64,000 nucleotides of DNA from an uncultured Acidobacteriota bacterium (GTDB lineage: Bacteria > Acidobacteriota > Thermoanaerobaculia > Multivoradales > JAHEKO01), in the NCBI GenBank assembly GCA_963713825.1, contig CAVQNG010000025.1, positions 512,001 through 576,000 of the forward strand, read 5' to 3'. Each line of letters starts with the position of its first letter. Positions within the stretch are counted from its first letter, which is position 1. This document shows, in pieces, positions 29,263 to 38,819 of this stretch. The notes beneath the pieces are model-generated. The model was given only the letters and a program-made list of their open reading frames with translations, ran no database searches and was not told the origin of the DNA. A program made the position numbers and the translations under genes.

Positions 29263-30069
29263 ATGCCGCAACCCCAGCTCAAGAAACGACTCGGTCAGCA
29301 TCATCTCCGGCAGGGCTCCATCTGTCTGCCACTCATCGACTTCCTCGACCCGGCGGGGTCGAAAGTCGTGGAGATCGGGCCCGGTGGAGGAGTCTTGACC
29401 GCCGAGCTGCTGACGGCGGGCGCAACCGTCTTGGCCTGGGAGCTCGACCACGAGTGGGCCTTTGCCCTTCGCCGCCGGCCTCGGCTGCGGCAGGCAGCCG
29501 TCGTGGTTGGTGACGCATTGGACATGCCCTGGGCACTTCTGCCGGCTGGGACCCTGGTGGCCGGTAACCTGCCGTACCAGGTCAGTACCGTGTTGATCGG
29601 CCAACTGCTACCTCACTGGCAAGTCATTCCAAAGGCCTGCTTTCTGGTCCAGTGGGAGGTTGCCGAGCGCCTGCGGGCAACTCCGGGCGATCGGGCCTAT
29701 GGGGCGTTGAGCGTTCTGACCTCGGCGCGGGCCAGGGTCACGGTCTTATCGCGAGTAGCCCGCGAAGCGTTTTACCCGCCGCCCAAAGTCGACGGCGCAT
29801 TCGTCGGCTTGACCCTGGGCAAGCCACCCCTTCCCGAAGCCGAGATGGGAGCTTTCGCAGATACTGTGCGCGTGGCCTTCGCCCAACGGCGGAAAATGCT
29901 CCGCAATAGTCTCGCTGGCAGATGGGGGAGAGCGGCGGCGGTGGAAGCCATCTCGATCGTGGGTCTGGACCCCAAGTCCCGAGCCGAAGAGCTCTCTTTG
30001 AACGATTTCCTGGCCTTGCACGAGGCCCTCTGGAGTAGCTCCGGGGATCTCGTCTCCGGTGGAGCCTAA
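29263..30069 (+). CDS. rsmA: 16S rRNA dimethyladenosine transferase
   Basis: KKRLGQH, EIGPGGG, GNLPY, PPPKVD, FAQRRK. Confidence 0.92.
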   Translation: MPQPQLKKRLGQHHLRQGSICLPLIDFLDPAGSKVVEIGPGGGVLTAELLTAGATVLAWELDHEWAFALRRRPRLRQAAVVVGDALDMPWALLPAGTLVAGNLPYQVSTVLIGQLLPHWQVIPKACFLVQWEVAERLRATPGDRAYGALSVLTSARARVTVLSRVAREAFYPPPKVDGAFVGLTLGKPPLPEAEMGAFADTVRVAFAQRRKMLRNSLAGRWGRAAAVEAISIVGLDPKSRAEELSLNDFLALHEALWSSSGDLVSGGA

Positions 30070-30137
30070 AGATCTCTCAGTGCTAGACTTGCAGCCCTCT
30101 GGAGGGCAGCCGGCTGACCAAGCGCAAGAAGAAGAAA

Positions 30138-32498
30138 GTGGATTCAGGCGGGCGATTGACGCCTGAGAAGAGGTCCGAGCTGTTCGGGATCTCGTGGATT
30201 GTGGTGGCCGTTCTCCTCGGCGTCAGCCTCGGAACCTATCAGCCGACAGATCCCAGCTTCTTTCATCAGACTCCTCAGCCGGGGCCGGTGCAGAACCTGG
30301 CCGGCCGCTTCGGTGCCGAAGTGGCGGCCTTTGTCTTCGAGATCTTCGGCTTCACGGCCCTGCTCCTGCCGGTTCTGCTTCTGCTGACCGGGTGGAGAAA
30401 GTTCTGGAATCGAGAAGGGCAAACGGTTGTCGGCCGAGGAGTGGGAGCGGTCGTCGTGATGGTGACGCTGCCAGCCCTCCTGCAGTCCCTCCTGGGGGTC
30501 GTCACCTGGCGTGGCGTGGAGATGTCCGCAGGAGGTTTGGTCGGGAGCCTGGTTGGCGATTCCTTGGAACGCCTTCTCAACCCCGCCGGCACTCTGGTCG
30601 TGCTGGGTGGTGGGGTTCTGATCGGCTTCACGATGCTCATCCAATCGACGCTGGGCGACTTTCTGATCGCCTGGCGCCAGCGCCTGCTGTCGTGGTGGGA
30701 CCGGCTCTCCTTCGGGTGGGCGCGGCATCGAGAGAGACGCACAAAGGAACAATCCAGGCGCCGGGTGATGACGAAACATCTGGAGAGGGCCGCCGAGAAA
30801 AAGAGTCAGCAGGCGATGGCCACCAAGGTGACGAAACTGCCCTCGACGAGCGACTCCAAGGTCGATCTGCCGCTGCGAGTCGAGGAGAAGGAAGGCCAGG
30901 GTAGCTTTTCCGTCCGCAAGGTGAAGGTCGAGAAACCCAAGAAGGAGAGGCGCGAGGCGCCGAAAACGAAGCAGAAACGGATCGCCTTCGAGGACAAGGT
31001 GCCACCCATCGCCGAGGCCCTGCCGCCCCTGAACCTGCTGCAGCTGGATGCCATCGAGACCAGCGTCGACGAAAACGAGTTGGTGAGGTTGGGAGAGCTG
31101 ATCCGAGCTCGTTGCGCAGAATTCGGGGTCGAGGGCACGGTCGTGGCGATCAGTCCCGGTCCAGTGGTGACCATTTTCGAGTTTCAACCGGCGCCTGGCG
31201 TCAAGGTGAGTCAGATCGTCAGTCTGCAGGACGATCTCGCCCTGGCCTTGAAGGCCGAAGCGATCCGTATCGAGCGACTGCCCGGGCGATCGACGCTGGG
31301 CATCGAAGTTCCCAACAAGAAGAAGGCGATCATTCACCTCGGCCACCTGCTCTCGCAGGGTGAGTTCCGAAAGTCCCCATCGCCCCTGACGGTGGCACTC
31401 GGCACCACTCTGCACGGAGAGCCCTATTTCTCGGATCTGGCGGGGATGCCGCATCTGTTGGTCGCTGGAGCGACGGGCTCGGGCAAGAGCGTCGGTCTTC
31501 AGAGCATGATTACCTCGATCCTCTACAAAGCGACACGGGATGAGGTGCAGTTCATCTTCATCGATCCCAAACGGATCGAGCTCGGGGTCTACGCCAACAT
31601 CCCGCATCTCAAGGCCGAGGTCGTCGTGGAGCCGAAAAAGGCCGCCAATGCCCTGCGCTGGGCGGTCAGTGAGATGGAGCGTCGCTATCGGCTCCTGGCC
31701 GAGGCCCACGTTCGGTCCCTGGACTACTACAACCGGGCCATCCGCAACCCGGAGGTGCGCAAGCGACTGGCCTTGTCCGAAGGCGATGTCGAGGTCCAGG
31801 ACGCCGATCTCAAGCCGTTGCCCTACTACGTCATCGTTATCGACGAGTTGGCCGATCTCATGATGGTGGCGGCGAACGAGGTCGAGGCTTCGATCGCTCG
31901 TCTGGCGCAGATGGCTCGCGCCGTCGGCATCCATCTCATCGTCGCTACCCAAAGACCCTCGGTGGACGTCCTGACCGGGACCATCAAAGCCAACTTTCCA
32001 TGCCGGCTGGCCTACGCGACGGTGTCGAAAATCGATTCCAGAACGATCCTCGATCAAGCCGGAGCCGAGAAGCTCCTCGGGCGGGGTGACGCGTTGTTCA
32101 TGCCACCCGGGACCTCGAGGATTCTGCGCCTTCACGGCTCCTATGTCACCGAACAGGAGACGGCCGCACTGGTGCGCTGGATGAAGAAGAGGGGCAAGCC
32201 GGATTTCGACCCCGCCGTACTGGCTCCGCCACCGGAAGAAGATCGGTCGAGTGGTGGCTCTGGCGGTGGCGACGATCCTCTGTTCGAAGAGGCGGCCCGT
32301 TTGGTCGTGTCCGAGCGGCAGGGTTCGGCAAGCTTTCTGCAGAGGCGCATGCGAGTCGGCTTTTCGAGAGCTGCTCGGCTCATCGACATGATGGAACAGG
32401 ACGGGCTCCTGGGCCCGCCCCAGGGCAGCAAGCCGCGCGAGGTGCTGGTCAAGTCGGATTACTTCACCGAGGTCGACGAAGTTAGAGAAGAGGTCTAG
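30138..32498 (+). CDS. ftsK: DNA translocase FtsK
   Basis: 4-TM N-terminus, GATGSGKS, IDELADLM, gamma domain SFLQRRMRVGFSRAARLID. Confidence 0.96.
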   Translation: MDSGGRLTPEKRSELFGISWIVVAVLLGVSLGTYQPTDPSFFHQTPQPGPVQNLAGRFGAEVAAFVFEIFGFTALLLPVLLLLTGWRKFWNREGQTVVGRGVGAVVVMVTLPALLQSLLGVVTWRGVEMSAGGLVGSLVGDSLERLLNPAGTLVVLGGGVLIGFTMLIQSTLGDFLIAWRQRLLSWWDRLSFGWARHRERRTKEQSRRRVMTKHLERAAEKKSQQAMATKVTKLPSTSDSKVDLPLRVEEKEGQGSFSVRKVKVEKPKKERREAPKTKQKRIAFEDKVPPIAEALPPLNLLQLDAIETSVDENELVRLGELIRARCAEFGVEGTVVAISPGPVVTIFEFQPAPGVKVSQIVSLQDDLALALKAEAIRIERLPGRSTLGIEVPNKKKAIIHLGHLLSQGEFRKSPSPLTVALGTTLHGEPYFSDLAGMPHLLVAGATGSGKSVGLQSMITSILYKATRDEVQFIFIDPKRIELGVYANIPHLKAEVVVEPKKAANALRWAVSEMERRYRLLAEAHVRSLDYYNRAIRNPEVRKRLALSEGDVEVQDADLKPLPYYVIVIDELADLMMVAANEVEASIARLAQMARAVGIHLIVATQRPSVDVLTGTIKANFPCRLAYATVSKIDSRTILDQAGAEKLLGRGDALFMPPGTSRILRLHGSYVTEQETAALVRWMKKRGKPDFDPAVLAPPPEEDRSSGGSGGGDDPLFEEAARLVVSERQGSASFLQRRMRVGFSRAARLIDMMEQDGLLGPPQGSKPREVLVKSDYFTEVDEVREEV

Positions 32499-32516
32499 CC
32501 CGTGAGGCCATAAGCA

Positions 32517-33476
32517 ATGCGGGCTGAATCCCTGGACCGACTGGTCTTTTTTGGAACTCCTGATTTCGCGGTACCGACCTTGCGGGCACTGTGCGATGCC
32601 GGCCGGGCACCGGTCCAGGTGATCTCGCAGCCATCTCGCCCGGCTGGTCGTGGAAGACACTCAAAGAACCCACCGATCGTGGAGTGGGCACTACGCAATG
32701 ACTTGGCCGTGGTCCAGCCTCCCGATGTCCGGGACCCGGACTTCTTGGCGCTGATGAGTGACCTGACGCCTGCGGTAGCCGTGGTGGTGGCGTTTGGCCA
32801 GATCTTCCCCAAAGTCCTTCTCGAGATTCCGACTCGAGGGTGCATCAACCTACACGCCTCGCTGCTGCCTTCGTACCGCGGCGCTGCTCCGATTCAGGCT
32901 GCCATCATCGCCGGCGAGAGTCATACAGGCGTGACCACGATGCAAATGGAGGAGGGGCTCGACAGCGGTCCCATCCTGCTCCAAGAGGAGGTAGTGATCA
33001 GGCCGCGGGATACGGCTGCGGAGCTCTCGCCTCGTCTGGCCGAAGTCGGTGCGGGACTGATGGTTCGAACTCTGGAGGCCCTGGAGTCGACTGGTATCGA
33101 GAGGAGACCCCAGACTCATGACGAGGCGACAATGGCACCGCGCTTACGCAAGGCCGACGGGGAGCTGGATTGGCGCCAGAGTGCGGTGCGACTCTTCAAC
33201 CGGATCCGGGGAGTCACTCCATGGCCGGGGGCGTTCACGAAGTTGAGAGAACAGCCGCTGAAGATCCTCTGGGGCGAGGATCTAGAGGGGGCAGGGGTGG
33301 CGCGAGGCGGCGAGCCTGGCAGGTACCTGGGCATGATCGACGGGCGGATGGCAGTCAGCTGTGGTGAGGGGACCATCCTGGGCATCGAACGAGTGCAGCG
33401 CCCCGGCAAGAAGGCCCTTGAAGTGTCCCAGTTCGTCAACGGTGAACCGATCGAAGTGGGAGAGCGCTTCGGGTGA
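32517..33476 (+). CDS. fmt: Methionyl-tRNA formyltransferase
   Basis: FFGTPDFA, NLHASLLP.YRGAAPI. Confidence 0.95.
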   Translation: MRAESLDRLVFFGTPDFAVPTLRALCDAGRAPVQVISQPSRPAGRGRHSKNPPIVEWALRNDLAVVQPPDVRDPDFLALMSDLTPAVAVVVAFGQIFPKVLLEIPTRGCINLHASLLPSYRGAAPIQAAIIAGESHTGVTTMQMEEGLDSGPILLQEEVVIRPRDTAAELSPRLAEVGAGLMVRTLEALESTGIERRPQTHDEATMAPRLRKADGELDWRQSAVRLFNRIRGVTPWPGAFTKLREQPLKILWGEDLEGAGVARGGEPGRYLGMIDGRMAVSCGEGTILGIERVQRPGKKALEVSQFVNGEPIEVGERFG

Positions 33477-34816
33477 ATGCGCCGCGCCGAAACGTCCGCG
33501 CGCTGGCCTGCACGGTTCTCGAGAACACCCTGTCCTCTCTGGCGCCAGTCGATCCAGCTCTGAGGACGTTCGACCGCGACCTCGAGGAGCGCGATCGCCG
33601 CCTGCTTCATCAGCTGGTGTTCGGCGTCTTGCGCTGGCTGCGAAGAATCGACGACATCATCGAGACAGCCTCGTCTCGTCGCCTGGAGGCGATTGAAAGA
33701 GCACTCCATTGGTCGTTGAGAGTCGGTGTCTACCAGCTCGTATTTCTGGATCGAGTACCGGCCCACGCCGCGGTCAGCGAGTCTGTGAACCTCGCCAGGA
33801 AGCGGACCCATCGCGGCGGTGCCGGATTCGTGAATGCCGTTCTTCGGAAGGTAGCGGCAGCTTCGTCACTCGAAGACTGGCCCGTGACGGCCGAGGATCC
33901 CGTGCAGCGCATCGGCATCGAGACGAGCCACTCCGACTTTCTGATTCGGGAGTGGATCCGACAGTATGGAGAACGCCAGGCGGAAACACTGGCAAAGGCC
34001 AACAATCGGCCCAAGCCCTTGCATCTCTTGAGTTTCGCCGACCGTGGAGGCCGGGAAGCGCTGGCTGATGGCCTCGCCGCGGAAGGCATCGTCAGCGAGG
34101 TGTCTTCCCTGGCGCCGATGGGACTCATCGTCAGGCAAGGCAATCCGCTGGAGACAAGAGCCTTTCGGCAGGGCGATTTCTACATTCAGGACGAGGCGAG
34201 CCAGGCAGCCGCGTTGATTCCTCCACCCCGTGATGGCGAAACCATCTTTGACTCTGCGGCCTTTCCCGGCGGCAAGAGTCTCTCGTTGCTGGCTACCGGG
34301 ACAGATGTCAGGCTGCTGAGTGCCGATGTTGGATTGCCGCGGCTCGAGCTCCTGGTGGGCAATCTGCAGCGGCTCGGCCGCGAGATCCCGTTCATCGTCA
34401 TGGACGCAAGAGAACGCGCCATCGAAAAGTCATTCGATCGCGTCTTGGTGGATCTGCCGTGCTCGGGGACCGGTACTCTGCGCAAGCACCCGGAGCTGAA
34501 ATGGAGGGTGAGCTTGCCGGAGATCGAGCGGCTGTCGGCAATGTCCGTGTCCCTGCTCGAGGGTGCGGCGCAGCTTGTCGAGCCTGGTGGGATGCTATCT
34601 GCGATCACCTGCTCGTTGGAGGATACCGAGAACGAAAGGGTAGCGGACCGGTTCCTGGAGCGACACAGTGACTTCAGCCGCATGAACCTGGCAGAGCGGT
34701 TGACATCACCGCTCGCCAAGTTCGAGCAGGGTCCCGGCCTGTGGAGGATTCTGACGGGTGGCGACCACGATGGGTTCACGGTTCAGGTCTTCTGCCGGTC
34801 GCGAGGCGCTGTCTGA
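33473..34816 (+). CDS. rsmB: 16S rRNA m5C967 methyltransferase (NusB domain + RsmB)
   Basis: FVNAVLR, QDEASQ, DLPCSGTG, TCS; follows fmt. Confidence 0.9.
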   Translation: MNAPRRNVRALACTVLENTLSSLAPVDPALRTFDRDLEERDRRLLHQLVFGVLRWLRRIDDIIETASSRRLEAIERALHWSLRVGVYQLVFLDRVPAHAAVSESVNLARKRTHRGGAGFVNAVLRKVAAASSLEDWPVTAEDPVQRIGIETSHSDFLIREWIRQYGERQAETLAKANNRPKPLHLLSFADRGGREALADGLAAEGIVSEVSSLAPMGLIVRQGNPLETRAFRQGDFYIQDEASQAAALIPPPRDGETIFDSAAFPGGKSLSLLATGTDVRLLSADVGLPRLELLVGNLQRLGREIPFIVMDARERAIEKSFDRVLVDLPCSGTGTLRKHPELKWRVSLPEIERLSAMSVSLLEGAAQLVEPGGMLSAITCSLEDTENERVADRFLERHSDFSRMNLAERLTSPLAKFEQGPGLWRILTGGDHDGFTVQVFCRSRGAV

Positions 34817-35505
34817 TCGGTCGGCGTTCGCCGCGGCCGATAGAGCCTCGCGAGTCGCTCAGCCGGTACTCCAGCGAAGTAGAGGCCCCAAATCAACCAG
34901 TTGAGGGCGACGGTGCGCCCGATCCCGTCCTCCAGATATCGGCGCGCCGAAGTCGTCGCCTCGAGCGGCAGCACGACGACTTCGCCGCATTGTTTCATTC
35001 GTCGAATGAGGTCGAGATCCTCCAGGGCTGCCCAGTTCCGAAAGCCCCCCAACTCGTCGAAGGTGGTGCGGCGCACGAATTGAGCCTGATCGCCCAGTGG
35101 GGATCGGGTGAGGCGGGTTCGCAGCTGGACCAGCTTCGAGCCCACAGCCATGACCCTGTTGTCAGTATCGAAGCGCACCTGGAAGCCGCCGCCGATTTTC
35201 CCGCTGCCGATCGCTTCTCGAATCGCTGGAACGGCTCCAGGGGGAAGCCTTGTGTCGGCGTGCAGGAACACCAATACCTCACTAATGGTGGCAGCGACCC
35301 CACGGTTGAGCTGCGGTCCCCGACCCGCCGCCCCGGTTATGACCCGGGCTCCGAGCTCTTCTGCCGTGCGAAGGGTCTGGTCCCGACTTCCTCCGTCACT
35401 GACCACGACCTCATCGGCCGCTGAGAGGATCGCGGGGAGGCTCCGTCTGAGGGACGACTCTTCGTCGAGAGTGGGGATGATGGCTGCGACGGTAATGGTC
35501 GCCAA
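34783..35505 (-). CDS. Family 2 glycosyltransferase (TIGR04283-like)
   Basis: IIPTLDE, DGGSRD, FLHADT, GDQAQF, TSARRY. Confidence 0.85.
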   Translation of the reverse strand: MATITVAAIIPTLDEESSLRRSLPAILSAADEVVVSDGGSRDQTLRTAEELGARVITGAAGRGPQLNRGVAATISEVLVFLHADTRLPPGAVPAIREAIGSGKIGGGFQVRFDTDNRVMAVGSKLVQLRTRLTRSPLGDQAQFVRRTTFDELGGFRNWAALEDLDLIRRMKQCGEVVVLPLEATTSARRYLEDGIGRTVALNWLIWGLYFAGVPAERLARLYRPRRTPTDQTAPRDRQKT

Positions 35506-35538
35506 GATGGCGGAATGCTAGCATAGGCCTTTGCCCGC

Positions 35539-36015
35539 ATGAGCTCCTCGAACCCCTTCAGCCACTTGGATGACCGCGGCCAGGCCCGCATGGTCGACGT
35601 GTCCGAGAAATCGATCACGCGACGGGTCGCCGAGGCCTCGTGCAGGGTCAAGCTCTCTCAGGAAACCGTTTCGAGGCTAGGTGATTTGCCCAAAGGCGAC
35701 GCCTACACCGTGGCCCGATTGGCCGGTATTCAGGGTGCCAAGCGAACCGGTGATCTGGTCCCGCTGGCCCATCCACTAGGACTCGATCAGGTCGAGGTGG
35801 AGATCGTTCCCGAGGCCGGGGGCGTGAGAATTCGGAGCCGGGTGATCGTCACGGCTCGCACCGGGGCCGAGCTCGAGGCGATGGTCGCCTGCTCGACGGC
35901 GGCGCTGGCCCTCTACGACATGGTGAAGGCGGTCGAGCGGGATGCCGTCATCGGGGATCTTCGTCTGGAAGCCAAGAGTGGAGGGCGAAGCGGGGAGTTC
36001 AGGCGACAGGAATGA
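35539..36015 (+). CDS. moaC: Cyclic pyranopterin monophosphate synthase
   Basis: ARMVDVSEK, PLAHP, YDMVKA, KSGGRSG. Confidence 0.93.
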   Translation: MSSSNPFSHLDDRGQARMVDVSEKSITRRVAEASCRVKLSQETVSRLGDLPKGDAYTVARLAGIQGAKRTGDLVPLAHPLGLDQVEVEIVPEAGGVRIRSRVIVTARTGAELEAMVACSTAALALYDMVKAVERDAVIGDLRLEAKSGGRSGEFRRQE

Positions 36016-37193
36016 TTCTCACCGGTTTGGATCGGCTTCTGGCCGACGACGAGGCTCTAGCGGGCAGGAGTTACGGTCTCCTCGTCCACGGTGCGTCTGT
36101 GAGCGCCGACCTGGTGCCCGCGCATCTCGCCCTGGCGGGCGCCGGGGCCCCTGCCTTGCTGCTCGGGCCGGAGCACGGCCTCTACGGTATCGAGCAGGAC
36201 ATGGTGCCCTCGGCCGATCAGGTCGATCCCTGGACGGGTTTGCGGGTCGTCTCGCTGTATGGAGATAGCGAGCAGTCTCTGCGCGCCGACAGGAGCCACT
36301 TCAGCGATCTCGACCTGTTGATTGTCGATCTTCAAGATGTGGGTTCCCGCTACTACACATACGCGGCAACGGCGGTGTGGGCAGCGGAGGTGGCCCTGGG
36401 GGAAGGGTGTGAGGTTTGGGTGCTCGATCGACCGAATCCAATCGGCGGCATGGTGGTCGAAGGCAACCTGCGTCGAGAGGGCTTCGAGTCCTTCGTCGGG
36501 GCGTTCGAGATACCGGTGCGCCATGGCCTGACGCTGGGAGAGTTGATGCGCTTCGAGGCGGCGCGCCGAAACTGGCCGAAGGGCCTCCGTGTCTGGGGCA
36601 TGGCAGGGTGGCATCGTTCGATGCTCTGGGAGGAGACCGATCGCGTCTGGATGGCTCCCTCACCCAATATTCCGACGGCGCGAACCGCTCTCGTCTATCC
36701 AGGACTCTGCCTCCTGGAAGGAACCGAGCTCTCGGAGGGGCGAGGGACCACACGCCCGTTCGAATTGGTCGGCGCACCGGGAGTCGATGCGGTGCGGCTG
36801 GCCCATGAGCTCAACGCTCGCGGGCTGTCGGGTGTGCGATTCGTGCCGACCCTCTTCCGGCCCGTGTTCCACAAACACGCGGCAGAGGTCTGTGGAGGGG
36901 TCGAGATCAAGGTGACGGATCCGTGGGCCTTTCAACCCTATCGCTGCGGTGTCGAGGTCTTGTATGGATTTCTACGCGTCGCACCCGACGCCTTCGGTTG
37001 GCGCCAGCAAGCCTACGAGTTCGTCAGCGATCGGCCGGCGATCGATCTGCTGACAGGCAGCAGTGAGCTCAGGGAGATCCTGGAGTCTGGAGAGGACCCC
37101 GCAGCCTGGTGCGATTCGTGGACGGATCAAGAGGACCAGTTCCGACGCGACTGTGAGCCCTGGCTGCTCTACACCCGAGTGACAGGATCGTGA
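36012..37193 (+). CDS. DUF1343 / NamZ-like exo-beta-N-acetylmuramidase
   Basis: GPEHG, DLQDVGSRYYTY, LDRPNP, SEGRGT. Confidence 0.88.
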   Translation: MILTGLDRLLADDEALAGRSYGLLVHGASVSADLVPAHLALAGAGAPALLLGPEHGLYGIEQDMVPSADQVDPWTGLRVVSLYGDSEQSLRADRSHFSDLDLLIVDLQDVGSRYYTYAATAVWAAEVALGEGCEVWVLDRPNPIGGMVVEGNLRREGFESFVGAFEIPVRHGLTLGELMRFEAARRNWPKGLRVWGMAGWHRSMLWEETDRVWMAPSPNIPTARTALVYPGLCLLEGTELSEGRGTTRPFELVGAPGVDAVRLAHELNARGLSGVRFVPTLFRPVFHKHAAEVCGGVEIKVTDPWAFQPYRCGVEVLYGFLRVAPDAFGWRQQAYEFVSDRPAIDLLTGSSELREILESGEDPAAWCDSWTDQEDQFRRDCEPWLLYTRVTGS

Positions 37194-37603
37194 AGCGCAT
37201 CCATCTTCTCCGGGTCGAAGGAAAAGCCGATGAGTACGTCGACCTGATCGAGGCGCTGCGGGCCGACGGTAGGCGTGTCGGTTGGCTCGACCTCGGCCCC
37301 GTACAAGTCCCCACCGCGTTGACTCTCGCCTCCGAGACCGGCGTGCTCCGGGCCGTGGCCGTTGACGAGGGTGTGACGGTAGCCGTCAAACCTCGGGCCG
37401 GCAGTGCAGTCATGAAAGATCTGCTGCGCGAGTATTTCGTCGGCTGTGCGGTGGTACTGGTCAGAGGAGGTGAAGGGCTGCCGTGTCTCTCGGCAGAGAA
37501 GGGGCATTGGCTTCTGGAGGTGCCAGGAGCAGTGAGCCGAATGCTGGACACCGACGGTTTGGTTGCGGTCCTCAGAAAGCCGCGACCCTTCGGTTCTCGA
37601 TAG
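37190..37603 (+). CDS. Hypothetical protein, MobB-like fold lacking the P-loop
   Basis: LIEALRADGRRVGWL and GCAVVLVRG resemble MobB segments, but there is no GKT motif. Confidence 0.55.
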   Translation: MKRIHLLRVEGKADEYVDLIEALRADGRRVGWLDLGPVQVPTALTLASETGVLRAVAVDEGVTVAVKPRAGSAVMKDLLREYFVGCAVVLVRGGEGLPCLSAEKGHWLLEVPGAVSRMLDTDGLVAVLRKPRPFGSR

Positions 37604-37733
37604 CTGACACTCTCTCCACTCGACGCCGAGATGTATGCCCCCGTCACGGTTGACCCCTGAAGAGAGGCGGTGGCACAATGCCGCCGCTCGCAATTGAGAG
37701 ACCTTCCATTCCTTCCAGAGGTGAAAAAAGGCC

Positions 37734-38819
37734 ATGACACGCCCGTCCATTCAGTTCTTCCTTCCCGGCCCGACCTACGTTCTGCCGAGCGTTCGCGAAG
37801 CCATGCTGGCCGAAGTCGTTGGGCACCGCTCGCCTAGCTTCAAGGCGCTGTACGAGTCCATGGCGCCGCAATTGCAGTCGGTCTTTCGTACCAGTGGCGA
37901 CGTTATGGTGGCGACGGGCAGCGCGACGCTGGTCATGGAGAGCGCTGTCGTCTCGACGGTCGAGTCGCGTGTCCTGAACCTGGTTTGCGGCGCCTTTTCC
38001 GAACGCTGGCACCAGATCTGCCTCTCGCTGGGCAAGCAGGCAGATCGAGTGTCGGTTCCCTGGGGGCAGGCCGTGGATCCGGACCTGGTGCGGGAGGCAT
38101 TGCGCCGCCAGCGCTACGAGGCGGTGACCCTGGTCCACAACGAGACCTCGACCGGTGTGATCAACCCGCTGGAGACTCTGGCCTCGGTGGTGCGGGAGGA
38201 GAGTGATGCCCTACTGTTGGTCGACACTGTCTCTTCGCTGGCAGGAGCTCCCATCGAAACGGATCAGTGGGGGCTGGACGTCGTACTAGCCAGTGTGCAG
38301 AAGGCGATGGCAGCGCCTCCAGGTCTGACGGTGTTCAGTCTCTCGGAGCGGGCCGCCGCGCAGGCAGGTCGGCTGGAGAATCGTGGCTTCTACACCGATC
38401 TGCTGCGCTACCGTGACAAGCATCGAGCCGGCGGCACGATCACGACTCCAGCCGTATCGGTGTTCTATTCCCTCGACCGCCAGTTGGACAACATCGTCGA
38501 TGAAGGGATGGAGGCCCGATGGAGTCGTCACGCCGACCTCCAGGAGCAGACCGCTCGTTGGGTCGAGGCGCGAGGCCTGGACTGGGCCAGTGAATCCGGC
38601 AGTCGATCACCAACGATCAGTTGCCTCCGGGCTCCTTCCAATCGCTCTGCTCCAACAATTGTGGAAGGGCTCGCGCGTCTCGGCTTCACGGTCGGAGGAG
38701 GGTACGGGAAGTGGAAACCGGACACCTTTCGGATCGGCCACATGGGCGAGGTGCGGAGCGAGGACTTGGAGGGTCTCTTAGGGGCCCTCGATGCTGTGTT
38801 GGAGGTAGACGAGCGATGA
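37734..38819 (+). CDS. Class V PLP aminotransferase (alanine-glyoxylate/serine-pyruvate type)
   Basis: PGPT, HNETSTG, DTVSS, SVQK, FRIGHMG. Confidence 0.9.
   Translation: MTRPSIQFFLPGPTYVLPSVREAMLAEVVGHRSPSFKALYESMAPQLQSVFRTSGDVMVATGSATLVMESAVVSTVESRVLNLVCGAFSERWHQICLSLGKQADRVSVPWGQAVDPDLVREALRRQRYEAVTLVHNETSTGVINPLETLASVVREESDALLLVDTVSSLAGAPIETDQWGLDVVLASVQKAMAAPPGLTVFSLSERAAAQAGRLENRGFYTDLLRYRDKHRAGGTITTPAVSVFYSLDRQLDNIVDEGMEARWSRHADLQEQTARWVEARGLDWASESGSRSPTISCLRAPSNRSAPTIVEGLARLGFTVGGGYGKWKPDTFRIGHMGEVRSEDLEGLLGALDAVLEVDER

Noticed and set aside
30144-32660. 838-aa minus-strand ORF and similar long antisense ORFs over clpX, lon, rho, serA, purB, tsf/pyrH and tuf
   Set aside because: These are shadow frames of well-conserved genes, expected from high-GC codon bias, and show no recognisable motifs.
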